From the NCBI RefSeq assembly GCF_008831285.2, contig NC_045138.2:4030001-4094000 (forward strand): a stretch of DNA of 64,000 bases, in the 5' to 3' direction. The stretch's first letter is position 1, and the number at the start of each line of letters is the position of its first letter. Origin of the DNA: Nymphaea colorata. Lineage: Eukaryota. The notes under the pieces were generated by a model, which worked only from the letters and a program-made list of their open reading frames with translations, was not told the DNA's origin and did not search any database. Made by a program: the position numbers and the translations under genes. Shown here piece by piece: positions 52,226 through 64,000 of this stretch.

Positions 52226-53914
52226 CCCTTGATCTGCTGCAATGACAGATTATTAGTGTTTTGCTATATCATGCTACTGAAAATTTTCTATTCATTTTAA
52301 ATTGTCTGTAGTGTGTGTGGATTTTAAAGACAATTACAAAATTGTAACTAATCTTTTTGTTAAATATGCAATTTTTGCATTTTGTCGGCTCTTCATTTTC
52401 TCTCTCTCCCTTGTTTGATTTGGAGCTAGCGAGATTTTTATGTCATGTTTTCCATCTACAAAAGTAGAGAAAATGTGTAAGAATCAATAGATTGCAACTA
52501 TTTTCAGCGAACGTGATAGAAGCAGGAGAGCGTGCTGCCGTTTGACAGGATTTAGTTATCTCAATGTGGCTTGTAGCCGTCTGGCTTATCTTGGAAGCAC
52601 TGATTAATTTCTGATCAGGTCATAACTTTGTCTTTCACCCACCACACATTTGGCCTAAATATTAATTCTTGGCGGATCCAACCACTGTTTTATTTTCCAT
52701 CCATTTATATATATATGTGTGTGTGTAAAAGATTCAAATCTGCTCAATCCCATCCATATTTAAAAATGTAAGGTAGCTAGCAGAGATGATCACCTCCTAT
52801 TGTATTGCTGAGCCCTCCACCTAAGGCAAATTTTGATAAACATTCCTCTTTATGAAGGCACTGTAATGATATTCAATCATGCTTGGTTCGCCAGCACCTA
52901 AGTCTCTCTCGTGAACAATTTTTTATTTATGTGACACCCTCTCAAAGTAAGGGAATTACTATCCTACCAGTACTTACTCTTCATTTAATGAAACCCAACA
53001 TCCAGATATATTTGAATTTCGGAAACAAGAAGATTGCACCAAATCTTATGATGTTAAATTAAGTGTTTGTCTCAAATAATCGAAACGTTAAAGTTTTTAA
53101 ACCCACAAAATACTTGACAAAAGTATCAATTATGTACATATCGGTACCTACCGGCACCATATATAAATGATACATGCGGTGCTGTTTGGATCAAATAGAT
53201 GGACACAATACTAAAAATTACCTTTTTCCTTTTCCTTTAAGGAAATTTTAAACAACAATTTTAAATATTATTTTGTTTTATATACACCTAGAATATAACC
53301 CCACGTTTGGTACATGATCCTTTAGGCAATGTTCAAAGTTTTGTTCGCACTGATTCTTTATCTCTTTTCTCTCTTTCTCTCTCTCTTTCTCTCTTTCTGT
53401 CTCCCTCTCGCCCTTGGCAGTTGGCCAAGGGTTTCATTCTCGATTGCTATATGAGGTTTTCATTTTCATGGCAAACCCTCCGCCGGTTGCCGAGGATTTC
53501 TTTTTCATGGCAAACCCTCCGCCGATGGCCGTAGGTTTCTTTTTTATTGCAAATCCTCAGCCGGTGACCAACGGATTTGTTTTAATGGGAGGCCGGGGGT
53601 ATTCAATCTGCGCCGGAAATTCATGGACCTAAAATCTCTTAATGGTGAACGAGAGGATATTTTCTTACAGAGAGGTCCTCCATTTTTCGGATGTGTTACA
53701 CTTTCGATCTGATTAAAGCTTCTATTGCTGGTAGTCCTAACTGAAACATCGATAAACAAGTTCATTATAGATTTTCTTTTTCCGATTATTTCTTTATTCC
53801 ATCCCTTGTAAAATTTCTTCAAGGATGCTTCATCAACTGTCTTAGAATTTGATATTTGTAGGCACAGTTTGAAACTATCGCTACATATTTTTAGTCAAGG
53901 TTTTGACACTTTTA

Positions 53915-54365
53915 CGCTTTGTTTGGTTGGATGGAAAGAAAAGGATGGAATGGGAGGGAAAGGAAAGGAAAGGGAAGAGAAAGGGAAGGAAAAGGAATGG
54001 AATGAAAAGGAATGGAAAGAGTTGATTAAAATGCTTGTTTGGATAGAAAGGAAAGGGAAAGGAATGGAATGGAAAAAAATACTAAATAGCACATGGATTT
54101 AGAAATGAGGGAAAAAAAAGGAGGGGTAGTGTGGGAATAAAAAACTCTTCCACTTACCTTCCTTTCCTTTTCTTTCCAATCCGTCCGATTGGGAGGAAAG
54201 AGATTTACACTAAACAATCCCTCCCTTTCCTTTCCTTTCCCTTTGCAGCCAAACACCCTTTGCCTCTTTCTCTCCCTTTTCTTCCTTACTAATTAGCCAA
54301 CCAAACAAAGGATGGATTGCTCAATGTCTCCCTTTCCCTCCCTTTCCCCCCTACCAAACAGGTCG
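53915..54365. mobile_element. Tourist/PIF-Harbinger-like MITE
   Basis: TTA on both sides. TIRs CGCTTTGTTTGG / CCAAACAGGTCG. GGAAA-rich left half and TTTCC-rich right half. Confidence 0.8.
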
Positions 54366-54859
54366 TTAGCGACGGTTTTAAGCATTGTTAAAGAGAGATT
54401 TGTTAATAGAAGGTTTTAAGATAATGATACAGAAATGCTACTCCAGCTGAATAAGCTTAGGGAGAAGAATGATGTAATTGCTCCTAAATTAAACATCAAG
54501 ATGTCAAACATTTGTTAAGTGGCTAGTGCTCTGATCGACACAGTAGTGTACTAGGGCATTAAAAATTTATAATGCACACTACAACAAGATGCAATGTCAT
54601 CGAAAGACCGAAGGTTGTTCAAAGCTGGTTATATACACCACCTCCATGTATATGATTTCATGTGTCAATTTAAGTATGACAAAAAAAAAACCATGATTAA
54701 TACAAAAATAAACTTTTATTAAGTATAAAATGGAAACCGCAAAAAATACTTGTGGATTCGATAAAGGTAAAATGTGACAGTTTGTATATGCATATTCTTA
54801 TGACCAACATATCAATTTAAACACCAAAAAAGAGTTTTTGTTTTTTATGCAACTTATAT

Positions 54860-55185
54860 CGTTATTTCATTATCTCATAAAAATTTTATTATCTCATAAA
54901 TATTATCTCATACTTATGTTTAGTGTTATCACATATGTCTATCCATTATGTTATTATTTTGTAAATATTTTATTATCTCATACTTATGTTTAGCGTCATC
55001 TCATGCATCTGTGTGTTATTTCATTATCTTATAAATTTTTTGTTATCTCATATACATTATCTAATACTTATATTTGGTGTTATCTCATACATACATATGT
55101 TTGTTATCTTGTTATCTCATAAATTTTTTGTTGTCTCATAAACATTATCACATACTTGTTTATTATTTCATACTTATTTGTTATT
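54860..55185. repeat. TTATCTCATA-motif degenerate tandem repeat; 54660-54930 is paralogous to 47640-47890
   Basis: More than ten TTATCTCAT-like units. Confidence 0.75.
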
Positions 55186-55566
55186 TGATACACATGCATA
55201 CATAATGTTTAGGCATAAAAGTAAATATACATGTTGATAGTACAGTCCGTTCTCAGTGTACACACATTGCATATGCCGGGGTGGTGTATGTAACTCAATC
55301 TAAGGGCTGTTGGTAATATTAAAATACAATGCTGATGTTTTGAACCGTTGGGACATGACCTGCCCTATGTCGTCCCTCTCATTGTGTTCAGACTTCTCAA
55401 GAACGTACCTACTCTCTCCTTCACTTTTAGGCGAGGTTTTCAGCGTCCAACCGCCGATGCTTTCTCTTGCATTCAATCACTCTGCTTGTGAGAACCATCT
55501 CCCCATCACGCCACTGAAAGAACTGGTGCCATCTTTGGGTGAATATCTGATGCCTTCAATCTTTGG

Positions 55567-55626
<60 letters not shown>

Positions 55627-56212
55627 TGTGTGTGTGTGTGTGTGTGTGTACTTTGGGTTTTTGCAGGTTCGGCTTATATTTTCCTAAGTAAATGGTTGCC
55701 CTTCCCAAATGGTGATGTTGTATAGGTGCAATCATGTCGAAAATCTACTTGCAATGATTTGTTAGTTTAGTCATTCTTCATAAGTATTATTATGCATCTA
55801 CCATTTGCTGGCCAAATGAATAGCAGTCATGGAATCCAATGGGCAATCAAATATTTACTAATTCCCTCAGTTCACCCAGCTATGCTGGCCTCGTCGGGGC
55901 TTCCTCTTTATGTGGAGCAAAATGAATGTACCTTAAAAAACTAGAGCAGATTCATGGGGCACTTGTTATTATGTTTTATGAATATGCTATATTTCAGGTT
56001 CATGGAACAGTAACAAAGTGTTATTGTAACCAAACAGTTTCATAATGACTCACCATTCCCTCAACCATTATATTCTCACCGCTGCCTTAATTTCTCTTGA
56101 CATATTCTTTTAAAGTATTACAAGTATCCGGTTTTTTCATGTTTGAAAGTGAGAAAAATAATTAATGCTGAGTTATCATTAAAAACAAATAATTTCTGTA
56201 TAAAAAAAAATT

Positions 56213-57050
56213 ACTGGCCGAAATGGATGTCATTGTATTCCCAAAGGAGGCGATGGGCTTAGACCATATATGTTGGCTGCAAATGATACTGGAAGAAGTT
56301 TGCAAGGGATGTGGGAGAACTCGATTTTTGCACATGACTACAGAGTGAGCTCTCAATAGAGCAAGTCCTTTTTTTTTGTCTTAAGATGATATATGGGAAT
56401 TAGATTGGTGGAGGGAAGAGTATAGGAGATCCTGACGGGAGGTGCAATGAAGAGAAAGATTTTGATCACTATTAGAAGGTATTGGGCATCTGTGCTAAAA
56501 TGCATAAATTATCGGAAATTACTTTTGCTGAATGTTGGTGATTGTTTCTAGATGTGCCATTGAAAGAGGAAAATGAATTGGTAACAAATTGAAAGGCATT
56601 GGGAAGCATATAGTAGACAAGTTTGGTGGATATAGGAATGGAAGATGTCTGCCCCATCGTCTTCCACCCAATATGGTGGCATTGTTACTAGTCTCATGCT
56701 GGGCTATGATAACTTGCCAGCATCTTTGCAGACTTGTTTTGTATATTACTGTATTTATCCAAAAGAATTATGAGACAGAAAGGGAGAGATTGGTCATGCA
56801 ATGGGTGGCGCATGGATTGATTGACCAAAAGAAAGGCACTGATGTGGAAGTGACAGCAATCCAATATGTTGATGAACTGATAAATCAGTGTTTGATTAAA
56901 GAAACTGAATATAAGAAAATCAAATTGCATGACATTTTTTATAACCTTGCCTCATATATAGGTGGAAAAGAATATAGCGATGCCTTTATGTTAAAGGAAA
57001 CAAATGCACAACATTCAAGTCAATGGCCATATTGTAGACCGCTGCCATCT
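56213..57050 (+). pseudogene. Degenerate NLR NB-ARC remnant, duplicate of the ~43-kb remnant
   Basis: RLVMQWVAHGLIDQKKG..IKLHDIFYNLASYIGGKEYS. Shares the non-NLR flanks GGATGTCA.TGTATTCCCA and GTTAAAGGAAACAAATGCACAAC with 42969 and 43790. Confidence 0.85.
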
Positions 57051-57387
57051 TTTCGTAAAACCAAAGGGGAGTGAGGATTTTTTTCAGAGGCGGGCCAAAT
57101 GATGCAGCCAACTTATCTGGGTATTGCCATACTAAACCCGAACCTAAAAAATACATAAAGCAACTAAAAATTTTCAATTTTTTTAAACATATCTTTTGTT
57201 CAATTAGTTGGGTTCAAATTTTTTAATGTAATTTTTTTTTTCAATTAGTTGGCCCCCTGCCTCTGCCCTAAGCCTGGGCGTCGCGCCGGGTCCGATAGGC
57301 CGGCCCGGCCCAACTTCCGCTCCCCCTCTCCCTCTCCCTCTCCCTCCTCCTCTCTCTCCCTTTCTGCTCCCCCTCTCTGTTCCCCGT

Positions 57388-60094
57388 TGTTATCACCCCA
57401 AATTTTTCAAAAACGGGGCTATTAAAATTTTGGGTCTATTATTTTTAAAATGAATTTTAAATCCAAGTTTATATCCAAATCTAGCATTTCAAACTCAAAA
57501 TCCAATTATCAAATCCGAATTAGATCCAAAATCAAAGTTTAGATCCAAATTGGGAATTCCAAAGCTCTACCCTCTTGAATTCGAATTTTGAATTTTGGCT
57601 CTATAACTCTTCCATTTTGAATTCAAATCTTGAATTAGAATTTCGAAATTTGGCTCCAAAGCTCTTATCTCTTTAATTCAAATCTTGAATTCGAATTTTA
57701 AATTTTGGTTCCAAAGCTCTTATCTCTTTAATTCAAATCTTGAATTCGAATTTTAAATTTTGGCTCCAAAGCTCTTCCCTCTTTAATTCAAATCTTGAAT
57801 TCGAATTTTAAATTTTGGCTCCAAAGCTCTTCCCTCTTGAATTCAAATCTTGAATTCGTATTTTGAATTTTGGCTCCAAAATCTCTATAAATACCCCATA
57901 ATCTTCTCTCTTGAAAGGGGCCAACCATGGAGGAACCTCATGTGCTTCCTCACTTGAAATTCCAAATTTTCATTTGCTCTCTCTTTCTGTTTCTCTCTTT
58001 TTCTCCAACTTGGAACAAGTTTCATCAAACAACAATTCCTCAAGGGAGGATGAAGATCTCTTGGAGGCTACGCCGTCATCATCTTAGAGCTTCACTCAAG
58101 GAGGTCTAGGATCAAACCAAACTAAGGTGTTCACTCTCTCAAAATCATTTGTATCTGAGGTATGTAAACCTCCATTTTCATTTCCTCCTTTTCTCACTTC
58201 TTCTCCCCATGGTCATATGAGATGACCCTCAATCTCTATTTTTAGAGTCGAGACTATGCTCAAGTGCACCGGGAGCATGAGAAAAAGAGATGATTTTTTA
58301 TTTTCATGTTTAAATCATGCAATCTTTCCTTTTCATATCCTCCTTTTCCTCTTACCGTCTCCCTATGGCCGTGCAAGATAGCTCAAATGATCCGGAATCA
58401 AGAGCCTCTCTTGAGTGCACTGGGAGTATGAGCAAGACAGAACAAAATCCATATCTTCATTTATCTCCAAAAATATACTTGTTATATTTTCTTCATTCAT
58501 CATTCATGCTTGAAATGATGCTCATGCATGATATTCTAATCTTCCATTTATGTGACCCAATGCATGATGAGAGTGAGTGTTTGGGGTTGGGATTTCTTCT
58601 TGTGATTTTTGAGGTTGGGACTTGTCTAACCCGGAGAAAACCTTCACGGAATATGTACATGTTAATATGCATTTGCATATCATTTTGCGCTAGTTTCTTT
58701 CCTAATCACCCCATTAGGAACCCTAACGAGTGTCTCGTTATATTGCTTGATTTTCTTTCATACCCAATGGTGGAAGAAATATATCCATTGTGACAAACCA
58801 AATCATAACATTCCATGTTTAGATATGAATCATATTTTCCGAAACATTTTCAAAAGAAACTTCTCTAATACGGCCTTCGAGACTTAACTTAGGTTCTTGC
58901 ATGAGCCCAACTTCCCCTCCGGCCTACATAAAAAAATTGAAGCCGACTATTTTCAATTCATTTCTTGATTTTAATACTCATGAAGACGTATGCGTATATA
59001 CATGTTATATATATATGTGTGCACATGAATATCTTTCTTTGTCATTCTCTTTTTATGATTTAACATATCCTTTTACAAACTCTCATATACGTATATATAA
59101 ATATATATACGTGTATTCCATTTTTAAATCTCTCTCCCTCTCTTTTGAAAATGATCTTTTCTTCTCTATTTGATTTAAACATCATTTCTTACAATACGTA
59201 TCTATACATATATATATACAAATATATGTACATATATATACATATATGAATACATATCTCTCTTTCTTTTAAATCTTTGATTTTATGATTTTCAAGATCT
59301 CTTTCTCTATATCTCTCTTGGGATGTAGTCTTTCATATTTTCCGTTCTTTCAATATCTTACTATTTAAGATTTTAATTTTTTATTTGCCGACTTTATGAA
59401 GACCACCAACCAAGTAATGACCCAATATTGAATTCATGTTTGATAGGTCTACAATCCTAATCCATTTTCAAAAGCTTTTCCTTCATATATATGATATTTA
59501 CAAAAACAAAAATCTTAGATGCATGTTATGGTAGGAATGCCTTAGATGAATGTTGTGGTAGGAATGCTTCATTCTCTTTCAATCATATAGGATTAATGCA
59601 TCCATTCGTTTTCGCTTCTACACAATATCACAAATGAGCACAATCACATCTCCAAAAGAATTTAAGCAAGAGGGAATTGACCTCTAATTAGGTGGTAACC
59701 GAATTAGAGCAAAATTTCAAACCTACTTAAAGTCTTAAGAGAACACTAACGTGATTTCAAAATGATTTTACAAGCTTTTCAAATAATATTTACTAATTCC
59801 ATTTTTTCCTCAAAATATTTCACATTCTCAAGCGATTCTTCAAGAATCTTTTCAAAAGTTTGAAACACTAAACTTTTAATATTTTTCAACACTGCATATA
59901 GAATCAAAAAGTTGTTTAAGTCAAAATGAAATGCATCAATGATAAACATAGTCCTTGGGTTGATTACTCCCGGTAAAGGCGTCGGGAACGGTCGATCCTC
60001 GTACCGACGGCGAGTCTCTTTCTTCCCTATTTCAAAACTAAACTTCAATTTTCTGAAACACTCCAAAACCAATAAAAATTTTGGAATGCAAACA
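57388..60094 (+). mobile_element. Probable solo LTR (~2.7 kb), likely Ty3/gypsy-type
   Basis: TGTTATCACCCC..GCAAACA ends. Flanks CCCGT / CTCGT (TSD with 1 mismatch). TATA box CTCTATAAATACCCC at ~57883-57897. No coding remnants. It interrupts a continuous C/T-rich tract. Confidence 0.75.
57560..57880. repeat. Tandem array, 55-bp unit, ~5-6 copies, upstream of the LTR TATA box
   Basis: GCTCTT..TTAATTCAAATCTTGAATTCGAATTTTAAATTTTGGCTCCAAA at 57661, 57716, 57771 and 57826. Confidence 0.9.
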
Positions 60095-60952
60095 CTCGTC
60101 TCCCCCTCTGCTCTCGCCTCCCGTCTCCCTCTCCGCTCCCCCTCTGCCTCCGTCCCCCTCTGCTTCCCGCTCCCTCTCTGCTCTCCCTCTCCCTCTCCAG
60201 TCTCCCTCTCCCTCTCCGCTCCCCCTCTCCCTTCCCGTCTCCCTCTCCCACCCCTCTATCTCCCTCCCCCTCCTCCTCCGTCGCCGTTGCTACAGCCGTA
60301 GGGCGACGGGAGGGCGGGGGGAAAGGAGGTCGGCTCCATCGCCGTCGCCGTTGCTGCAGCCGAAGGGCGGGGGGAAAAGGGGTCGGGAGGGGGAGAGGGG
60401 TTCGGGAGACTCGAGAGAGCGAGGGGAAAGGGGCGAGGAGGGCAGGCTGGGCTGAGCCGGGTTCTGGCCAGGCTAAGCAGCCCGACGGGACGGCCCGGGC
60501 CGGGCCCGAGCCGAGACCTAGGCTCTTCATTGTAGCCCTTGAAATAAGATTCAAAATTTTGAAATCCGTTCATCCCAGGGTGGGTTGCCTCTTGTAGTCC
60601 AGGCCATAGGGTCCTTGACTAGAGAAAATTTCTGCCCATTGTCTCAAATCAAGTTAACTGAATCGTTGTGTTGGGACAATGATTCCAGAACCAAAAAACT
60701 GACCGTTGGCTGATAAAGTGCGAACCTATGTGTCAGTGACACACTTTTGACTATATTGACTAAAATGCTCTTAGTTCACATTGAAAAAGAAAGCTTTTTG
60801 TAAAAAAATTAAAAATAAAAAAATAAAAAGACTATGAAAGACAATTATTTTTAAATACATTACCAAATTATTCTTTCCTCTTTTACTGCACATGGTCAGC
60901 CCATAAAAGTAACTTTCTCTCATACGCTAAAGTGAGCAACCTAACAACGTTA

Positions 60953-62490
60953 CTTAGGTAGCCTTTGCCCTGTCATCTCATACACACATACACACACATA
61001 CACACAGAGGGAGAGGCTGATGGCGGAACAATGATCGACAATGACATTTCTGATGGTAAAAAAAAAACAAACAAATACCTCTATGTTTCCGGCAAGTGAG
61101 GGTGACGTGCCTTCAAACCCTCTATATCGACCAAAAACGGACGACAACTGGCGGACGGCCACACTCATTTTTATCATGCACAACCAAAAGGATAAAAAAC
61201 CTATGCGTTGTGGGGGGTGTGGGTGTGTTCAGGGGCGGAAGGAAGGGGGCCCGCCTAGGCCATAGTCCAACCCCAGCCAATGATTTTTTTTTTTTACATT
61301 GAAAAAATAATATTTTTTAATTACATAATATATTTTTTGTATTAAAATTGAGTTTGGCCCTACTCAAATTCAGAGGTCGGACTGCCGGCCCACCTCTGAA
61401 GAAAATCCTGGCTCCGCCCCTAGGTGTGTTGATGCAAACCCTGTGGTCCACGCAGAAGTTGTTCCTGTAGAACCCTTTCTCCATGGGAGGGGGAGAGAGA
61501 GAGAGAGAAAAGAGAGATTTCACTAAAATGGGTATTTATATCTGACTCGTGGAAAAAACATTTATCTTTGTTGATGTTTTCATATGAACGTTAGTAAAAG
61601 GAAATTATTACTAATGTCTAATGGATGAGTGAAGAGAAATCATTACTCACGTAGAGTGAATACCTATCACTTGTTTCCTTTTTTCAGCGCACATATGAAG
61701 AAGCCTATAGCGGTGCACTTAATTACCCAGCGAAAACTTAAAAAAAAACGTTTACTAACATCAGTGAAGGTAAATCGTGACTAACGATACTTGTCAAACA
61801 TCAGTAAAAGTTTTATTGCATACTGACGAGCATGGATCCGTATAGTTGAAAGTTCGTCGCCTTTTTTCCCTTCTGTGAAGAACCGTCTACCTGTGAGAGT
61901 TATTACCGGTATGGGTCTATGGAACAAGAACTCATCAATCCTAAGTATATTTCGCTAAAGGTCGATCACTACTGACGTCTCCTTTGAAACATCAATAAAG
62001 GTATATAGAAAATTAGCCGATTGTAGTTTTTCATCAACGATCTTGCTTTCCATTTCTCTTCAATAGCATTTTTCTGTAGTCACTACTAAGATATTCAATC
62101 TTTGGTGACATTTTCCCAGAACAAAACATGAGTAAAAATTTCATTTTCTTTTGTTTTCAATGCCGATTTTTTAAAATGTCAATAAAGGTGATAACCTTCG
62201 GTGACATTGCCCGTAAACGCCAGTAAAAATTTCAAATTTTTTATCTCCCACACTTGTTATTTTAATTTGAAAAGTTTAATCATTAGTTGCATGATACTTC
62301 ACATCAGTACATGTTAAATTTTTAAATTTCCTCCAATATCCTTTCTCGCCCATATTTTAAACTTTTAGTGACACGAACACATTTGCGGAACTACAAATCT
62401 GCTGCCTTATCGAAATAGATGTGCCTCCCTCATTCGCATATTTTCTCTTTCTCCCTTCCTCCTTTCTACCCGCTCAAAGGTTTGCCCCCC

Positions 62491-62580
<90 letters not shown>

Positions 62581-63645
62581 TATTTTTTTATGCTTATCGT
62601 CATTTTAAATTATATCGTCATTTTAAATTATATTGCAAAAAGAAGGATGTCAATTGCCACATCAATTATGGATGCTAAAATTGGTCGTAATTAGTACCTT
62701 TTGTTTTGTTCTTTTCTTATTTGTCATTTTCTTTTTCTTATTAATTTCATAGAACATTAAGACATTAAAACAAATAGTTTCATTTAAAAAAAATGAATGA
62801 TGGTATCGAAAAAGGCCGCTATCAATATGTTCTTGGTTACTCCATTGGGATTTGCGTTACTGAATGGTATTGGGCTATCTTGATCATAAAATCCAAATTC
62901 AAGGATATATTTAAATCCAAATTCAGTGACGTATTTAAATTGTGTAGCAATACCCTGATCACATGGCTGAGTTGGATTTCAACTTCATATTAGCTTTGGT
63001 CAAAATGAATTTGGATTAACATGAGGAAAAAAAAAAACGAGTACCAAATTTAGATCCGAATAGCTAGCTAATTAATCAGATGTATGCATATAGTCAATCT
63101 GAAAAGGTGTGCTGAACCATGGACAAGTTAAGTGTTAGGTATGACAAAAATGAAAAGAAAAAAAAATCGACTTTGTAAATATCAGTATGGTCTACAATAT
63201 ACATTGACAAACAATGCCGCGCATTTTTTCGTTTCTTAATGGAAAAGTAATTTAAAACGAAAAAAACTTTAAATAGAATATTCAAGTTAGAGAGATCACG
63301 TGCCAATAGTTTGTTCTTCATTTAGGAAATTGTTAGTCTTCATTTTAATATCATTCACATTCTATTAGCTTACTTACCCCAGCATGAGCTTACGTCGCCT
63401 TTATTTATTTTTTTTCTTAATTGGAGGAGACCTCGAAGTCCAGATGACGTAGAAGATTAGGATTTATTTAGCAGCAGTCATGGATCTTGCCAAGCTGTAG
63501 AGAACGTGGGCTCACCACAACCCAAATTAAGTGGTAGGCCTGCTGATGGGATGATTCTTTCGCATAAAATCCACAACTACGAATTAACAAACCGGAAGAC
63601 CTGCTGCGCTTGTGTATAGAGAGAGAGAAAGAAGGCCAAGAAAGG
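60953..63645 (+). repeat. Segmental duplicate of ~44420-46800
   Basis: Collinear shared blocks, e.g. CTTAGGTAGCCTTTG, GAGAAATCATTACTCACGTAGAGTGAAT, GAGTACCAAATTTAGATCCGAATAGCTA and ATGGATCTTGCCAAGCTGTAGAGAA. Confidence 0.9.
61230..61422. mobile_element. hAT-like MITE (193 bp)
   Basis: TIRs CAGGGGCGGA / TCCGCCCCTA. 8-bp TSD GGTGTGTT at 61222-61229 and 61423-61430. Absent from the paralogous site at ~44745. Confidence 0.88.
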
Positions 63646-63648
63646 TCA

Positions 63649-63651
<3 letters not shown>

Positions 63652-63733
<82 letters not shown>
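63652..63733. repeat. (TA)n microsatellite
   Basis: Directly visible. Confidence 0.95.
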
Positions 63734-63739
<6 letters not shown>

Positions 63740-64000
63740 AGTGTTAGAGGGTTAGCTCTAATCCTCATGGCAAACTACCAATCTAATGAAGAACAAGAAC
63801 ACAAATTGAATGAAAAAGAAGGAAACATGTACAAAGGAAAGCAAAATAATAGGGTTTTAAATTAATTATCTTCACCCTCTGGAATGAACTAGCTACACGT
63901 TCCTTTAAATGGAAACCATTAAATAGAGCTTCCTAATTAATTGGGTCTTGGACCCAAAATTAAAATAATAATGTCCAAGCTCAATCTAATGGATGAAAAC

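Noticed and set aside
59939..60573. Pro/Ser- and Arg/Gly-rich ORFs on both strands
   Set aside because: Products of a low-complexity GC-rich tract; no domain signal.

Overview
Plant (angiosperm) nuclear DNA: AT-rich and dense in microsatellites and transposons. The window holds a tandem, all-plus-strand cluster of intronless CC-NB-ARC-LRR (NLR) resistance-gene paralogues in birth-and-death decay. Three are near full length, starting at 5837, 21101 and 37814. One is an internally deleted CC-NB copy at 50781, and there are three remnants (~12.4, ~43-44.4 and ~56-57 kb). None has an uninterrupted CC-NB-LRR frame. The copy at 21101 is broken by a single nonsense codon, leaving a 109-aa CC ORF and an intact 1006-aa NB-LRR ORF. 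A complete but mutated Ty1/copia element (31018-36213; LTRs, TSD, PBS and PPT all visible) sits in the conserved upstream block of the third NLR. Also present are a probable 2.7-kb solo LTR and relatives, hAT- and Tourist-type MITEs with TSDs, CACTA-like ends, a segmental duplication (~43-47 kb vs ~56-64 kb) and a ~940-nt foldback. I found no clearly new biological system. The best leads are the split CC/NB-LRR gene, the foldback, the chimeric paralogue structure and the swapped tandem arrays in related LTRs. All alignments were made by eye.
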